From assembly GCA_020536535.1 (NCBI GenBank), contig JAHLWZ010000636.1:1-64000 (forward strand): a stretch of 64,000 bases of DNA, in the 5' to 3' direction. The position numbers and the translations under genes are program-made. How positions within the stretch are numbered: position 1 is the stretch's first letter; every line of letters starts with the position of its first letter. The notes beneath the pieces are model-generated. The model saw nothing but the letters and a program-made list of their open reading frames with translations. It had not been told where the DNA came from and did not search any database. Origin of the DNA: Pelomyxa schiedti. Lineage: Eukaryota; Protista; Evosea. Shown piece by piece: positions 35,601 through 49,100 of the stretch.

Positions 35601-38600
35601 GGGACAAATGACCAGAATGGGGTCATCCTCGTATATGGCCTAGATTGGGTGATGACAGAGGCAAAATATTTTGGTAAACTCCTTGATTAACTTTAGTGCT
35701 TTCATCTTTTGAACAGGTGATTCTTTTACCCACATTACTCTGTTACATGACGATATGTTGGCTGTTGGGTCAGCATATTCTTCCACAATGTTTCTGCGGT
35801 ATATTTCAGAAACAGCAGACTCTCCATATTGGGCCTATGACGTCATTTCAGACCTGCCTGCTCACTGTACAGTGGTACCTATTAAATAAATACGTGGAAA
35901 AAGAATTGCATTTTCATTCCTTTAGATTTCTGCAATCGCTCTCTTTGATTATGAGTATGACCAGTGGGGAGTTGTTTCTGCAAATAGCAATGGAAGTGAT
36001 TGCAATCCACCATCTATAAGCTTCTTTAGGGTATTCTTTCTTTTTTTTGGTAATGCAGTGCCTTGATACTACTTTCTACTACTACAGTTCTACACAAAAA
36101 GTATTGTTCTAGAGAGTGAATATGCTGAAGCCTCTGCAAATATGATTATCAATGATATTCATCCTCACCCAAAGTTATCTTTTATTTATGCTTGTGGCTC
36201 GACTTCTTCCTCTAATTTCACACTTCCTTTCCTAAGTATTGATTGATCTCTTGTTTCCATTGGTATTAACATCTTGAAGGCCTTGTAGCACCCCCTTCAT
36301 ATAGCTCTATCACAGATATTTCACTGTTTCCCCAAGTGCAAATATTCGGCCCTTCAACTGGGATTACCAGTTTTACTTCTTTGGCGACTTATCAGGACCG
36401 TTTAGTTTGTGCAGGGTATACACTCAAGTCAAAATTATCTCATTTTTTTCACCATGCACAGGTTCACCACAATAAATTTTATGACGACGTCATACATCGA
36501 GCATAAGGGCTGCGACCTCTGCCCAAATGCCATCATAGTTAAAACCAAGTTTGCAGACTGGGATCAAATATGTGTTCCTTCATTTCCTACATCCCCTGTG
36601 TCTCCGTCCGTTCAGGCATTATATCCTTACTCAGGAAGTGGAGACACGACTGAGATTGAAGTCGCGTGGCCAACATTTAAGCTAACCTGGGGAGCATCTT
36701 ACTTCGGGTATACAACTGGACAGTACTTGTCAACTGTTCTCTATGTATGAGCACCATTTGTGAGCTCAACTTACCGCATGTGAAGGACAACATATTACTG
36801 AAGTCCACTGAAAAAACACAAACCTATTTCAGTGAAGTCACAACAAACCAAGAAATCGAATTTCCTGTGCTCTTATCGCCATTTAATGTTTCTTGGGAGC
36901 TTGCAGCAAGTGTACCCTATGTGGGTTCTCAGTCGTGTTTCCACAGCTTCTCTTTTTTGATTGGTATTTGAAATTCTACTACCGAACACACTCTAAATAT
37001 GAAATCCCAGTTCCATATATGATGCCATCTGACCTGCTGGACTCTTCACTCACTACAATCACTTCCAATCCTTACACTCTCACTAAAACTTCATCTGGAT
37101 GGGTTTTACTTGCTGAAGGAGATTCCACACTTACATTTACAACAAACAATTGTTTGCTGAATCTAGGAAAGAAATGGTCAGTTAATTCCCTTTTATGTCT
37201 CCTCCCTCAACACAAACAAACAAACAAACAAACAAACAAACAAAAAACAAAAAACAAAAAACAAAAAAAGGTTGGTGGTTTCTCTCAAGGCTTATGACGC
37301 CTTATCCAACCTTGTACCCTCTGTCACTCTTTTCACTGTTGACAGTCAATGGCAAAGATGGGAAGCCAAACCCTTATTTTTCTTCTTCACATGGGATTGG
37401 TACACTTCCTAATCCCAAATGGGGTGCCTTATCTTCTCCTAGGATTCAGTTTGGGGTCCCCCTTATTGAAACAAGTACGAGCAGCCATTCTGTTAGTACC
37501 AGCAAATCTTCCAGTGACAGTAGCCAAAGTGAATCTAACTCGTGGAGTGTAAGTCAGAGTATTAGTAAAAGTGGGAGTTCCAGCAAAAGTGAAAGTGAAA
37601 GTGAAAGTTCCAGTGAAAGTGAAAGTGAAAGTTTCAGTGGAAGCTTGAGCCAAAGTGAGAGTTCAAGTTCAAGTTCCGGCACAAGTGAAAGTAGTGCTGC
37701 TCCTCTTCAAAGAGTCGATAAAAAAGAAATCTTCCAGAATTTGAGGGATACAGGAAGCTCTTCTACAAGTTGTATATTTGAAGACAGTGTTTGGTGTATG
37801 ACAGGCAGCAGTGACTTCATCGATTTGCAAAAAGTCACGAAAATTGTCATATCTCTCTCCTGTGCTGGCTCGTTTTCACTTTACATTGACAATCTGACAG
37901 TACAAGATACCTATAACTATCCGGCAATGTGGTTCTATGTTAGTAGTAGCAGCGAAAGCAGTAGCATGTCAACTTCTAGCAGTAGCATGTCATCTTCTAG
38001 CACGAGCTCACCAAATGAGTCTGAAGAGTTATCACTTTCTTCTGTGCTGTCAGAAACCTCACAATCAACATCCCTGCCAATGTCTGATTCACACTCAAAG
38101 ATCACCCAATATTCTTCCAGTGATTCATTCAACATTGTTCCCTGTATGTACCTTCTTATCACCTTTCTCTTGCTCAATAGGTTAGTGGTGGTTGGACTTG
38201 TATGTGGCGTTCTTTTCCTCATCGGTCTTTGCGCTGGTTTCACGGCTTATCTTGTTTTTCATAGGTACTCCTGTACACCTCCCACTTTAATTGTAAACCC
38301 CCAACAGAAAGAGAGAAGAAGAAAAAGAGGTCATGTTTTCTAGTAACAAATCTCTCAAATATGGCTTCGAACTTAAAGCTCGCAACACATTTGAAACAGG
38401 AGAATCCACGTGAGCAATTTCTCACTATCAGTTCTACACATAACACTCCCATAGATTGGTGGATTCATCTTATTTTCCCCTCACTGTATCCTTTCCCTCT
38501 CTTTGGTTTCTTATGTCATTTATATTTAGATTCCAACGTCACCGCTATGCCTTGGATTCGAGGCCTCTAGTGCTCCTGTTGATGAAGAAATAACCTCCAA

Positions 38601-40504
38601 TTTTTCCATAAAAAATGATCACAGTGATAGCAAACATACATGGAGATTATTCCCTCCACTGAACCCAAAATTCCAATTGAAGTTTATCCCGGACTCAGGA
38701 AGTCTTTCACCGGTATTATTTTTAGGTGTTCATTTCTTTTTCTGATTCCACTTAGGGAGAGGAAATTCTGGTTGATATTTCTATGGTGGTCTGCTGTACT
38801 AGCACCTTATCCCTGGACATTCCAATAGGCGTGTGCGCAGGTAGGAACCTTTCATACTGCATGACTTCTAACAGAAGGGGATAGGCTCCACCTGGACTAA
38901 GAGTGAAAAACACACTAGTTTAAAAATATCTTTTTCAACAGAAACTTCATATAAACTTGGTATTTTTTTTTCCCAGTACTACTTGAGCTATGTGACAACA
39001 CCCTCAAAGATCCTGATGAGATAACACTATCTCAACCTCCAATTGGTGATGGCTCCTATGGGACAGTAAGCTTCAATTTTTTTTTCTTTTGTCAAGACCA
39101 ATTCTCCGTGTAGGTCTTTAAAGCAGAATACCATGGGCAAGAAGTCGCTGTGAAATTGCTCAAAAATCAACGTATTTCACCAGCTGAATGCAGTGCCTTC
39201 GAGAATGAGATACATGCCATGGAGTCCCTGAAAAGCCCTTATGTAGTAGTGTGCTTCGTATTTCACAACTAACTTTTTTTGAAGATTGTAAAATTTATTG
39301 GTTTGTAACATCTTTATCTGCGCGTTTTATGCACAAAAACATTTTCATAGGCGCATGCATGCTTCCAGGAAATCTTGCGATTATCACAGAGTAGTGTCAT
39401 TTTATTATTTCCCGATTCTTAGCCACTCAAAGGCTTTGCGAATTTGGGAGTCTCAACTCTGCTATTGAGAAGAATCCATTTGAACTACCACTCAAAGTGA
39501 AATGTTTGAGTGATGCTGCCAAAGGTCAGGCATATCTATGCGTTTCCTTGTATGAATGTTACACCGTAAATACACAGGGATGTACCATATACATTCAGCA
39601 GGAATGCTTCATAGGTATTCCAGATCCACCACGCTTGAGCCTATATCTCACATGTCATTAGGGATATGAAGCCAGTATATCCTCCTTCTCTGTTCCGGTT
39701 TTTTACTTTTTTTTTTCCCTACACTACTACAGGACAACTTATTGGTATGAATACAGAATATAGTTATTCTAAATTTACGTGCCCAAAAGGTTGTATCGCT
39801 CAACGCTTCTGCAGTGGTATGCTGTAAAATTAGTGACATGGGTACTGCACGGTGATGGCCTTTTTCAATTCTTTCAATTTCTAATCCATTGTGCAGTGGT
39901 ATCAATCGGTCACAAGCAACACAATACTACACCAAGGTATTTATTTCTCCCTTTGCTTTTTCTTGTTGATTCAAATAAGGGTGTTGGAACGCCAGCTTAC
40001 ATGGCCCCTGGTAAGCCCAAGTGAAGAAAGATAACAAATAACACGCCCTCAGAGATACTTGAAAATGACAAATACTCGACAGCGGCTGATGTCTACAGGT
40101 TTTCGTCTCCTTGCTTGATCCAATAGCACTGAATCCTGGAATAAAGTTTTGCACTTGTAATTCTAAGCACTTTGACCGAGTCACAACCCTTCGCCACCCC
40201 CGAATTTACATCTCAATGGCGAATTGCCGAATTTGTAATTGCCGGCAAGGTATCAACCTTCTACCAATCCCATCTTGGCATATTTTTCTCCCACCAACCA
40301 AACCACCATACAGAGACTGCCTATTCCCGAGACTGTCCCTACATGGTTATCTACAATGATTTCAGAGTGCTGGAATGCCAATCCACATGAAAGACCAAGT
40401 TTATTTTCTTCATTTGTGGTGATTCCACTAACACAAAAAAAGGCTTCAAGGAGATAACCAAGGCTTTTGATACCGAACTAAAGTACAAATCCACAAAAGA
40501 TTAA
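32605..40504 (+). CDS. Receptor-type transmembrane TKL kinase with large Cys-rich ectodomain and Ser-rich stalk
   Basis: Signal peptide; FG-GAP-like DVGDVDHNGILDIVV; repeated CxWC units; Ser/Glu stalk; TM VVVGLVCGVLFLIGLCAGFTAYLVF; kinase motifs IGDGSYG, VAVK, HRDMKPDNLL, SDMGTAR, GTPAYMAPE, ADVY, CWNANPHERP. Confidence 0.85.
37588..37632 (+). repeat. (AGTGAA)n repeat encoding a Ser-Glu tract in the kinase stalk
   Basis: Tandem AGTGAA units; protein SESESESSSESESES. Confidence 0.8.
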
Positions 40505-40579
40505 TGTAAAATTTTTACAAGTGTTAATAAATGACCTTCTCTGCTTTACTTTGCTCGTTTTTTTGGCCGGTCCTTAGTT

Positions 40580-41939
40580 TCAGGTGTCATCATCTGAGTC
40601 GGATTCAGAGTCAGATAGAACATGAAGTCTTCTGCAAGCGGCTAGCCTGCGGGAGTTCTCCTGCTGCATTTCATGTTCTTGACGGGCGGCCCTCAGGGCA
40701 GCACGTTGGGAGCGGTCAGTGTCAGCAATGCGAGCACGCACGAATTGGCTGTATGCTTGTTGTTGCTGGGGTGTAAGGGGTACAATGGATGGTTGCTGTG
40801 GGGGTACGAGTGATTGCGTTTGTGTGGGCTGTGAACTGGTGGAGAGTGATACACCTCCAGTCATGAAAATTGCGCGTTTGTGACCCGTTGTGCAGGCGTG
40901 CATTTCAGTCATCCTGAACGCAGTGAGGAAAAAGCGGCCGAAAAAGAAAGGGGTATCACACACAAATTTACTGGTACAACAGGCACAGGAAGGAGCACAG
41001 CCGCAGCTGCTGAAGCTAGTTGGTGTTGTGCTCGGTCATCGTCATCTCTCATATCTACGGCTCCCATAGCCCTGGATAGCAACATCCGGAGGAAAGCTTG
41101 CTGTCTTCTTCTTCTTTCCCTAACCTGTTCCTCGTCCGATTCATAGGCATCCGCCCTGCTTCGGAATCCGCCGCCCGTTGAACTCAGATATGACTCTGAG
41201 GCGGAAGTACCAAGAAAGTCCCATGTTTGTGTTTCCGTGTGCCTGCATGTTGGGCACTGCACCTTGCCTTTGGAGGCACAGGCAAGCATGATGCAGTCAA
41301 GGTGAAAGGTGTGTCTACACGTGAGTTGGGCCAGCGGTCTTGGTGGGTCAAGAATTTCTTCTGGCTGTGTTGATTTCGGTTTCAGTGACTCCTTCACATT
41401 CGCCGTTGTCGAGAGTGGTCGCATCTTCTCCAGACATATTCCGCAATCATCCCACGTGTCAATGACAGTAACGCACGCACCGACGTGGTCGCCGGTGCTA
41501 TCATCAGCCGAAATTCGAGGGCTTTCAGGAGCCACATGAATAGCGGAAGCTACAGCAGCATCAGGAGCACAATTGCTCTGCGTGTCAGGGTTTTGTTTTC
41601 GCTCTTGTTGCTGTGATGCCCTCTCGAGCACAACACTGAGCTGACTTTGGAGCTCCAGGCACTTTCGTTGTAGTTGGTTCTTCTCGAGTACGAGCTCCTT
41701 GTATCGCAAAAGTATCGTCTCCTGAGGGTCTTTTAAATTAGTTCCTCCGCCAAACGTTTGGTATTTTACGCACCTCACTCGTTTATTTCTTTATACTCGC
41801 TTTTTTAAAACAGTTGTTAGTACTTACATTCAGACAAGGTCTCTGGTACTTTCTTAGGGCCCGTCTTCTCCGACGACGCAATTTTTTCGTCGCTGCGGAT
41901 TTCGGGTTCACTGTCGCCCCCCGCATCGCCATCAGCCAT
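40580..41939 (-). CDS. RING-H2 finger protein with coiled coil (probable E3 ligase)
   Basis: CGICLEKM...LTCRHTFHLDCIMLAC...QCPTCR; ATG 41939 MADGDAGG; stop 40580. Confidence 0.8.
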
Positions 41940-42073
41940 TTTTTTTTTCGCCAAGCGTTTCCATCAACACACCAAGTTGGGTGAGAAGGCGAAGGAAGGG
42001 GACAGACAAGAGGGGATTGTCCTCTGTCTATCCATCTGTTCCGTTTTTCAATTCTTTTCGTTTGTTCGGGGAT

Positions 42074-43451
42074 TCAATGGTCGGGCTGTTGGGTGTATAG
42101 ACGCATGACATATACTGATCCAAATATGGTGATCATGCCAGTGAGGACACCATAGAAGGTTTGCTGTGTGGAGTTTTTTTTGGTTATGGTGGAAGGGAAA
42201 AAGGGGGTGGAAGTACTAACAATTGGTGTTAAATATTCAAAAGTGGTTGGTAGGAGTTCACAGATGGACATGTAAACCATGATCCCACCAACTACTCTTA
42301 GTGAGGGAAAATGAAGGGAGAAAGCGTTGACAAACCAAATGCCAGCATGAAATTGACACCATAGGGTGTAATGAATCGATGCAAAAGCAGTATAACAAGG
42401 ATGGCTCCAGCCGGCTCACAGATACCACTTAAAGTGGCCCATTTAATTGACTTCCATTTACTGAAAGATGTGAGAAGCTCAGAGTGACCACTGTTTCGGT
42501 ACCTTCCAGTAGCAGAATAAATTGGTGCTGCCACAGCCATGCCTTCTGGAATATTATGACACGCAATGACAAATGCTAACGGGAGGCCAAATGAAACACC
42601 TAAATTCAAAGTTCAGTAAGAGTTAACAGTCCAGAAAAGAGCTGCCTTTGAGGCAACTGAGGTAGACTGCAATGCCTTCAGGAAAATTATGCAGACTGAG
42701 GGAAATCAAAAACAAAAACGACTAAACAGAAAAAAAAAATAACCTGATACCCAAGGCAGTAATTAAGCCAACCATTATTAGCGATTTCTGAGTGTCATTC
42801 AGGGTTTACAAACATAAGGGAAATCCACATACCTTCTGGGATTTTGTTGTGGTTTTTTTTTGTTCTGTGATCTCTGTGGGTGGTTTTACATTTTTCCTTT
42901 TCCGAAGTTCAGATCCCTCCGAAGTAATTGGGTTACTGGATGTGTGTTTCTCTTTGTTTGGTGGAGGCTCAGAAACCACAGAACCAAGGTCAGGCTCTGG
43001 GACAAAGAGTACAACAATATGGAATGCAATCATCCCCAAGAAAAACTAATCTCTCAACCACCATCAAAAAAGAAAAAAAAAGTGGTAAAGAAGGTGAAGT
43101 GCAAAGCTTATATGAAACTCAAGGGGAAAAGAAACGCAAAATATCACAACATAGTAACAACAATCAAGCTCCTCCAAGAAACAAAAAAAACAAAAAAAAA
43201 AAAAAAAAAAAGCAACAGAAGCACACGGCCAAGTTGGCGCTGCCAAAACCAATTTCAGCAATTGCCTCGATCAGCAAATCGGCGAACGAGACGTACACCA
43301 TGACGCCGACCGAGAAGCTCAGCATGTGGCCCAGTCGCTCAGCCCCAACCACGAACGCAAGAACCCCGCCGATTCCAGTCGACAGCCCCGCGACCGTCGT
43401 GAGCCCGATCGCCGACACCACATCTCCCTCTAGAGTCCCTAGACCCCCCAT
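42074..43451 (-). CDS. ZIP family zinc transporter (ZupT/ZTP29-like)
   Basis: AGLSTGIG, FSVGVMVYVSFADL, LHNFPEGIAV, IACHNIPEGMAVAAPIY, LSGICEPAGA, IMVYMSICELLP. Confidence 0.92.
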
Positions 43452-43687
43452 ATTCACTCTCAATGTCCCTCCCTGTCTGTGCGTGTGTGTGGAAATCACC
43501 CTCTCTCGGCACCAAAGACTGAAAGGATTTCTCGCCTGATCAACTGTTGGACTTGAAAAGTTTGTGGTTCGAAGAAGCTCGTTTCAAAACAAACAAGGGA
43601 GTGGGAAGGCGAAAAAAAAAAGACAAGGGAGGGATAAACAAAAAAGAAAGTGTTTCTTGGTGTGTTGGTTGGTAGCAGACTTGTGGG

Positions 43688-45971
43688 ATGCAAATGATGC
43701 ACCAGGGGTTGGTGGAGGCATGCTGTAGGTGTATCTACGGCGATTTTGAGTATGCGTATAGCAATGACAGGAGCAATCCTGAAGTTGCTGCCACAATTGT
43801 GGGAAAGTTTATCACTTGGAGAGGCACGTGTTTAATCTTTATGGTTTTTTTTTTTCAGTTTTTTCACTTTGCTTCTTCCATTGACATTCACTGTTTGTTA
43901 CTTTGAAATAGTACTGCAAGATGAACACTTGGAAGTTTTGGCCCCAGGAATGCCAATGAAAGCTGATTGGAACATCAGAAAGTGCCGAAGACTCACTGAC
44001 AAAGGACTAATGGTGCCTGGGATATCTTACCACATTGCCTATTTCCCCTAACTCAATTAGTACTTGGGAGGACCTCACCTTCAGGAGTTGACACTAAGAC
44101 ATTGCGTCTCAATTACAGGAGATGGGGTTGCCCATCTGCTGGATATCTCTCCAAATGTGAGGAAGTTGGATATCAGAGGGATCGTTCCCACCAAACTTAC
44201 CTTGGCATCAATATCAAGACTCCAACATCTACAACACTTATCCATTTCCAACTGTGTGTATTTCCTTTCAGATTATACTTAAAGCCTCATGCATTGGAAG
44301 GTAACGATTCACAAATCATGCCAATTCTAAAACACATTGGGCTCAACATGCAATTTTTGCAATTTCACAGTTGTAATTCACCTCCTGGGATCACCAATCT
44401 TACTATTAATGTACCTTTTTCCCCTCTTACTTCTTTGCAGTTATTTAACTCCGCTCAGGCTATTGCTACATCCTGCCCAAATTTGTGCTCCATAAAGGCT
44501 AAATCATCCAATTTTATTTCCGCTGACTCTGTCACACTTTTGCTGAAGAGTTGCCCATCTCTTACACAGTTGAATCTTTTTGGTTGGATTTTATTCTTTT
44601 TCCACCCAACCGACATACAACCTCCTACAGACTGCACCCCAACTCCAACTGCACTACCATTATCTTCGCCAGCACCGAGTCTCGGGTACCTAACAGCATC
44701 TGGTGTTACTGATGACTTTATTGCGTCTCTGTCACAGTGCCCACAACTTCTATCACTTGCCATTTCGTCTTCCCCAATCACAGGATGTAGTCTACACACA
44801 CTTGCACGAAACTGTGCTTCTCTCGAATCATTATCAATTCGTCAGGTAGAGTACTCTGTCATCAAATTACCCAATAACCTGTATTTAGTGCCTCTCTTTG
44901 GCAAATGCAAATATCGAGGCATTAGCAAATGTATATTTAGAGAACCCACACACAGCCAGTTTAACTTCCATTTCTTTATGGGGTTGTATTGGGGTTTCTG
45001 ATTCGGGAGTTGCTAAAGTGTGTTCGTAAGAATATCCCGTAATCTCACCCATCCAAAAGTTACTCAGTTCCTTGCCAAATTTGACAAATGTAAATTTGAG
45101 TGGGCTTTTTGATATTACCGATACATCTGTGCTTGCAGTCGCACAACATTGCTCTCAATTGGAAACAATTGAGTTCACAATGTGCCGAAGAATAAGTGAC
45201 GCAGGTGTCACCACCCTGGCCCAGGTGAGTCATTTTATTATCATCATGTGGAGTAATTTTCTTCCACAGCGGTGCCCTGGGCTTTCTACTCTCGGGTTGT
45301 ATGGTTGCGCGAAAATTACAGATGACAGTATAAATACAATATGCACACAATGCCCGCGGCTTTCATCACTAAACCTTTATGGCCTTACACTGTTGACTGA
45401 GGCTTCACTTTGCAACATCGGCCCACACCTACCAAGACTAGAGTCTTTAGACCTCAGCTCTTGTTATGGCCTCGCATCCCCTGCACTGATCAAGGTTTGC
45501 CACTGATCACTTTGCTTCCAGTTCCAACAACTCACACTGTCACAGATTGCTCGCGGCTGTCCTCAACTACAAGCTCTGTCCTGCCTTTGCTGCAGTCACA
45601 TAACTGATGACGGTGTTGTAGAAATTGCTAAAAGATGCCCACTGGTATATCTTTTTAAAAAATGAATAAGGATAAGAACATTCCAAAGTAATTCACAATA
45701 CTAATTCTGAAAACAGCTATCTCGGCTTCAACTGAACAGTTGCAAACTTCTTACTGATGCAACTTTGCATGCCCTTACACAGTATGGGCTGTGCCTGACC
45801 ATTTTTTCAGCCCTGGAATGCTTGAATTTCACTGATGCGGCGTTTGTGAATTTTGTGGCAGTTCGCGGACCCTCACTTGTACTTGTGAAGGTTTCAACAA
45901 GTGACTTACTGACTACAAGCTGCATGGAGCTGGTAAAAAAAAGATGCCCAAACTCAAAATTTTACTCTTAA
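43688..45971 (+). CDS. Cys-containing leucine-rich-repeat protein (FBXL/AMN1-like)
   Basis: Repeated LxxLxLxxCxxITD units, e.g. LQELTLRHCVSITGDG, LSTLGLYGCAKITDDS. Confidence 0.85.
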
Positions 45972-46165
45972 CATAAAACACTGGTTTGTTTGTTTTTTCT
46001 CGTTGGATTTTCTTTTCCTTCTTCACTGGCACTCCACCCGCCATCATTTCTGAGGCATTTTGCCCAGTTTTTCCAGGAAGTGTCAAAATGAAGTTGGCTG
46101 TTGATCGGGTTTTTCAATTTCAATAAATATTTGCCTGGTACAGCACTCACACGACCGGGGTATTA

Positions 46166-49100
46166 ATGCTTCGAGAGGAGAGGCTTTGGGACGAAATTCT
46201 TGACAGTGACGGCCCCGTCACCGAAGATCAATGTGCGTTCTGTTTTTTTTTCCCCCTCTTCTAAACAAAAACCAAAAACTCAAAACGCCCTATCTCTCTT
46301 TGTGTTGCTTTGATTTACTTGTTTGTATGAAACTCACTGTTATGTAGACAATAAATTGTTTGAATGTGTGTACTACTTGTCAGATACGATATGCCGAGAA
46401 CATGGATATCACCATTATAACAATTATGCATCATCAATTGGTATTGGAATGTATGACTCTGAATATGACCATGGTTACAACAGCACTGCTGCTGCTACAA
46501 CAAGCGCTCCAAAGAATGTTATTTGCACTTTGAATCCCAACTGCTTCAATGGATTCAAACCTGTGGAAGAAGGAACAAGCACTTCATATTCCTCAACATC
46601 AACATTTTCTACTTGGGGGAGTATGGACTATACACGTTACAGGTCGGTTGAAGCGGATGCATCAAGCAAAGAGAAAAAGATAGAGAAGTTGCTGGAACAG
46701 AGAATGAGGGGAACAGAGAAAACTGTGCCTCTAAGGCTAACACGTGACCAGTCACAACCACCACGTTCCACACCTGTTTCTGCTGATGCGCACTCTTCTT
46801 CCCAAAGCAGTCTTGGGTTTATGGCAGGCAGGCATAAAGTGAGGACCCCTTTTGTTGGCCTGCAGGTAACCTATGAGTTGTTCGAACTTGAAGCACATTT
46901 GGGAGAAATTTTTTTTTTCCTTTGCTAAGTTGTGGATGCAAAATAGAATCTTGGTGCAACCTGTTACATGAATTCTGTGTTGCAGTGTGTTTTCAACTTT
47001 GCACCACTCCGGCAATGTCTATTCAATTGGGAGCCAAGCAGAGTAGTCACAGTATTTCCTTGAATAACTTTTTCCGTTCACCTACTGCTGATTCAGGAAC
47101 CCTTGGGGAAGGAGGACCCAGTCCTGCTCGAAACACGATATAAAATTTGCAGTGAGTTAAGACGCCTGCTTGCTTGCATGCAGTATACTCTAAAGCAATT
47201 CATTTCAACGGCCGACTTCGCAAGTGCTCTAAGAATACCAACTACTATACAACAAGACCCCCACGAGTATGATATCTTGTCTCTCTTTCCCTCCCCGAGT
47301 AGAGAGCTTATTCACTAATAGTTCATACTAACTTTCTTCGAGATTCTACAATCTACTGATGCACAGAATTGAAGAGCAGTTTTCCAAAACTCCTGACATG
47401 CTAGATTCATTCACAACACAAGTAACAGGTACTTGTGAACCGAGAATAAAAGCGTGTTAAATGACTACTGACACTCTCCAGGGGAGTTGACCTACATAAC
47501 ACAGTGTGAATGCAAAGTTGTTAGTCAAACAAAAGAGAAGTTTTTTGAGATTAAAGTTGTTCCCAAGGTTCGTTGTTATGATTGTAACTTGTAACTCACC
47601 CATACAAGGAAGGTGACTTCTGCGAGCTTATGCAGTGCCTCAATGACTTCTTTGCTCAAGAGGAATTGTCTGGGTAAAGCGTCTTGTCCACTGCAATGGA
47701 AATGATGTTATTAGATACAAATGTGCATGTGGGATTGAAAACGCCAAAGTATCTCGGCAACCTAAATTGAGCAAGTTGCCAGAGGTATGTTGTGCTTCTC
47801 TTTCTCGTCATTGACTTGTCATAAGCTATTGAACTTGCAACTCACGCGTTTCTCTTTTGACCCAGCTTCAATGAGCGAGCGAAAAGTTTCCTCCAATCCT
47901 GTCAAACTAAAAGTTAATTGCGATTCAACTTAGATTACCACGCCCGTGGATATTCCTTTGAGTTTATCACTTAGAGACTTCTGTGTGGAGAAGGAAGGCG
48001 CTGCTGGTAGTTTTGATTACAGCCTCTGTGCCGTCATCTCACATATTGGGAATTCTATAAATGGTAGATCTACTATACTTAGTGTATAACGTTTTCATTC
48101 TAAAATAGGGGGCCATTATATAGCCTATACTCTTCCATGGTAAAGCCTTAATTTAATACGCTGTTCTGAATTATATAGTAATTCACCTACATGGTGGAAA
48201 TGTGATGACACATCTGTCTCAGCAGCCACATTTCCACCCCGGGATCCTTCACAATGTACTATTCTCTCCCTTCATTTTTAACGAATTAAATTCATCAAAG
48301 ATGAAACACCGTACATACTCTTCTATAGGAAATGCAACATGCCAGATATTGCTCCGCATGTCTCCCCCTCCAGTTACACTATGCCATTGTAGCCCTTCTT
48401 TTTACTCTTGAGTGACGAGGTCACAGTTCAGGAATCGTTCGAAGAGGAAAATTCTATACTGGAAAAAAATTACGGCAGCTTTTTATTGGCTGAACAGCAA
48501 GAAAGGGAGTCTGTGATGTTCTACCTGGATAATTATGAATCCATCTTTGAGGTACCTGATCTAGTTTCTAACCATGTCTAACATAAAAATGAGATTCTGC
48601 CTGCAAAATCTACTCAAGACTATTACTGGATTAATGCAAATTGGCTAAAAGACTGGTTTTTGGGGAATAAGCCAAACTCTCCAATCAATAATGCGGCACT
48701 TGTATGTCCCCATGGAAATGCGACATTTTGCAAGAATAATATGCAACTAATGAGACGGATAAGCATGGTATTATTGGATTCTTTCCCCATTTCCAGTTCA
48801 TCAATCTTCTCCCTAGCCTGCCTGGGAATTCTTCCATAGCCAATACTCTGGTGGGCCTACACTTTCCCACAAACAGTGTTGTATTGCCTGCTTGAAAGTA
48901 TGGAACAAAAACTCATCCCACGGAACTAAAAGGAAAATAGTTGCTGATTGAATCAAAAAGAGATTCTAAAATTCACGAAGAGCTACAAACAGAAATGAGT
49001 AAAAAAGTAGAGTATGCTTCCACAGAGGGATACTATGTCTCGAAGCAGTTCCTTGAAGGTAATCAAACAACATAGCCTTGATTCACTGGCTCAAACTATA

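Noticed and set aside
37210-37270. (CAAA)n/(TTTG)n and poly-A/T tracts (also about 32370, 43180, 53375, 55443)
   Set aside because: Ordinary intronic or intergenic microsatellites with no spacer structure; not CRISPR-like
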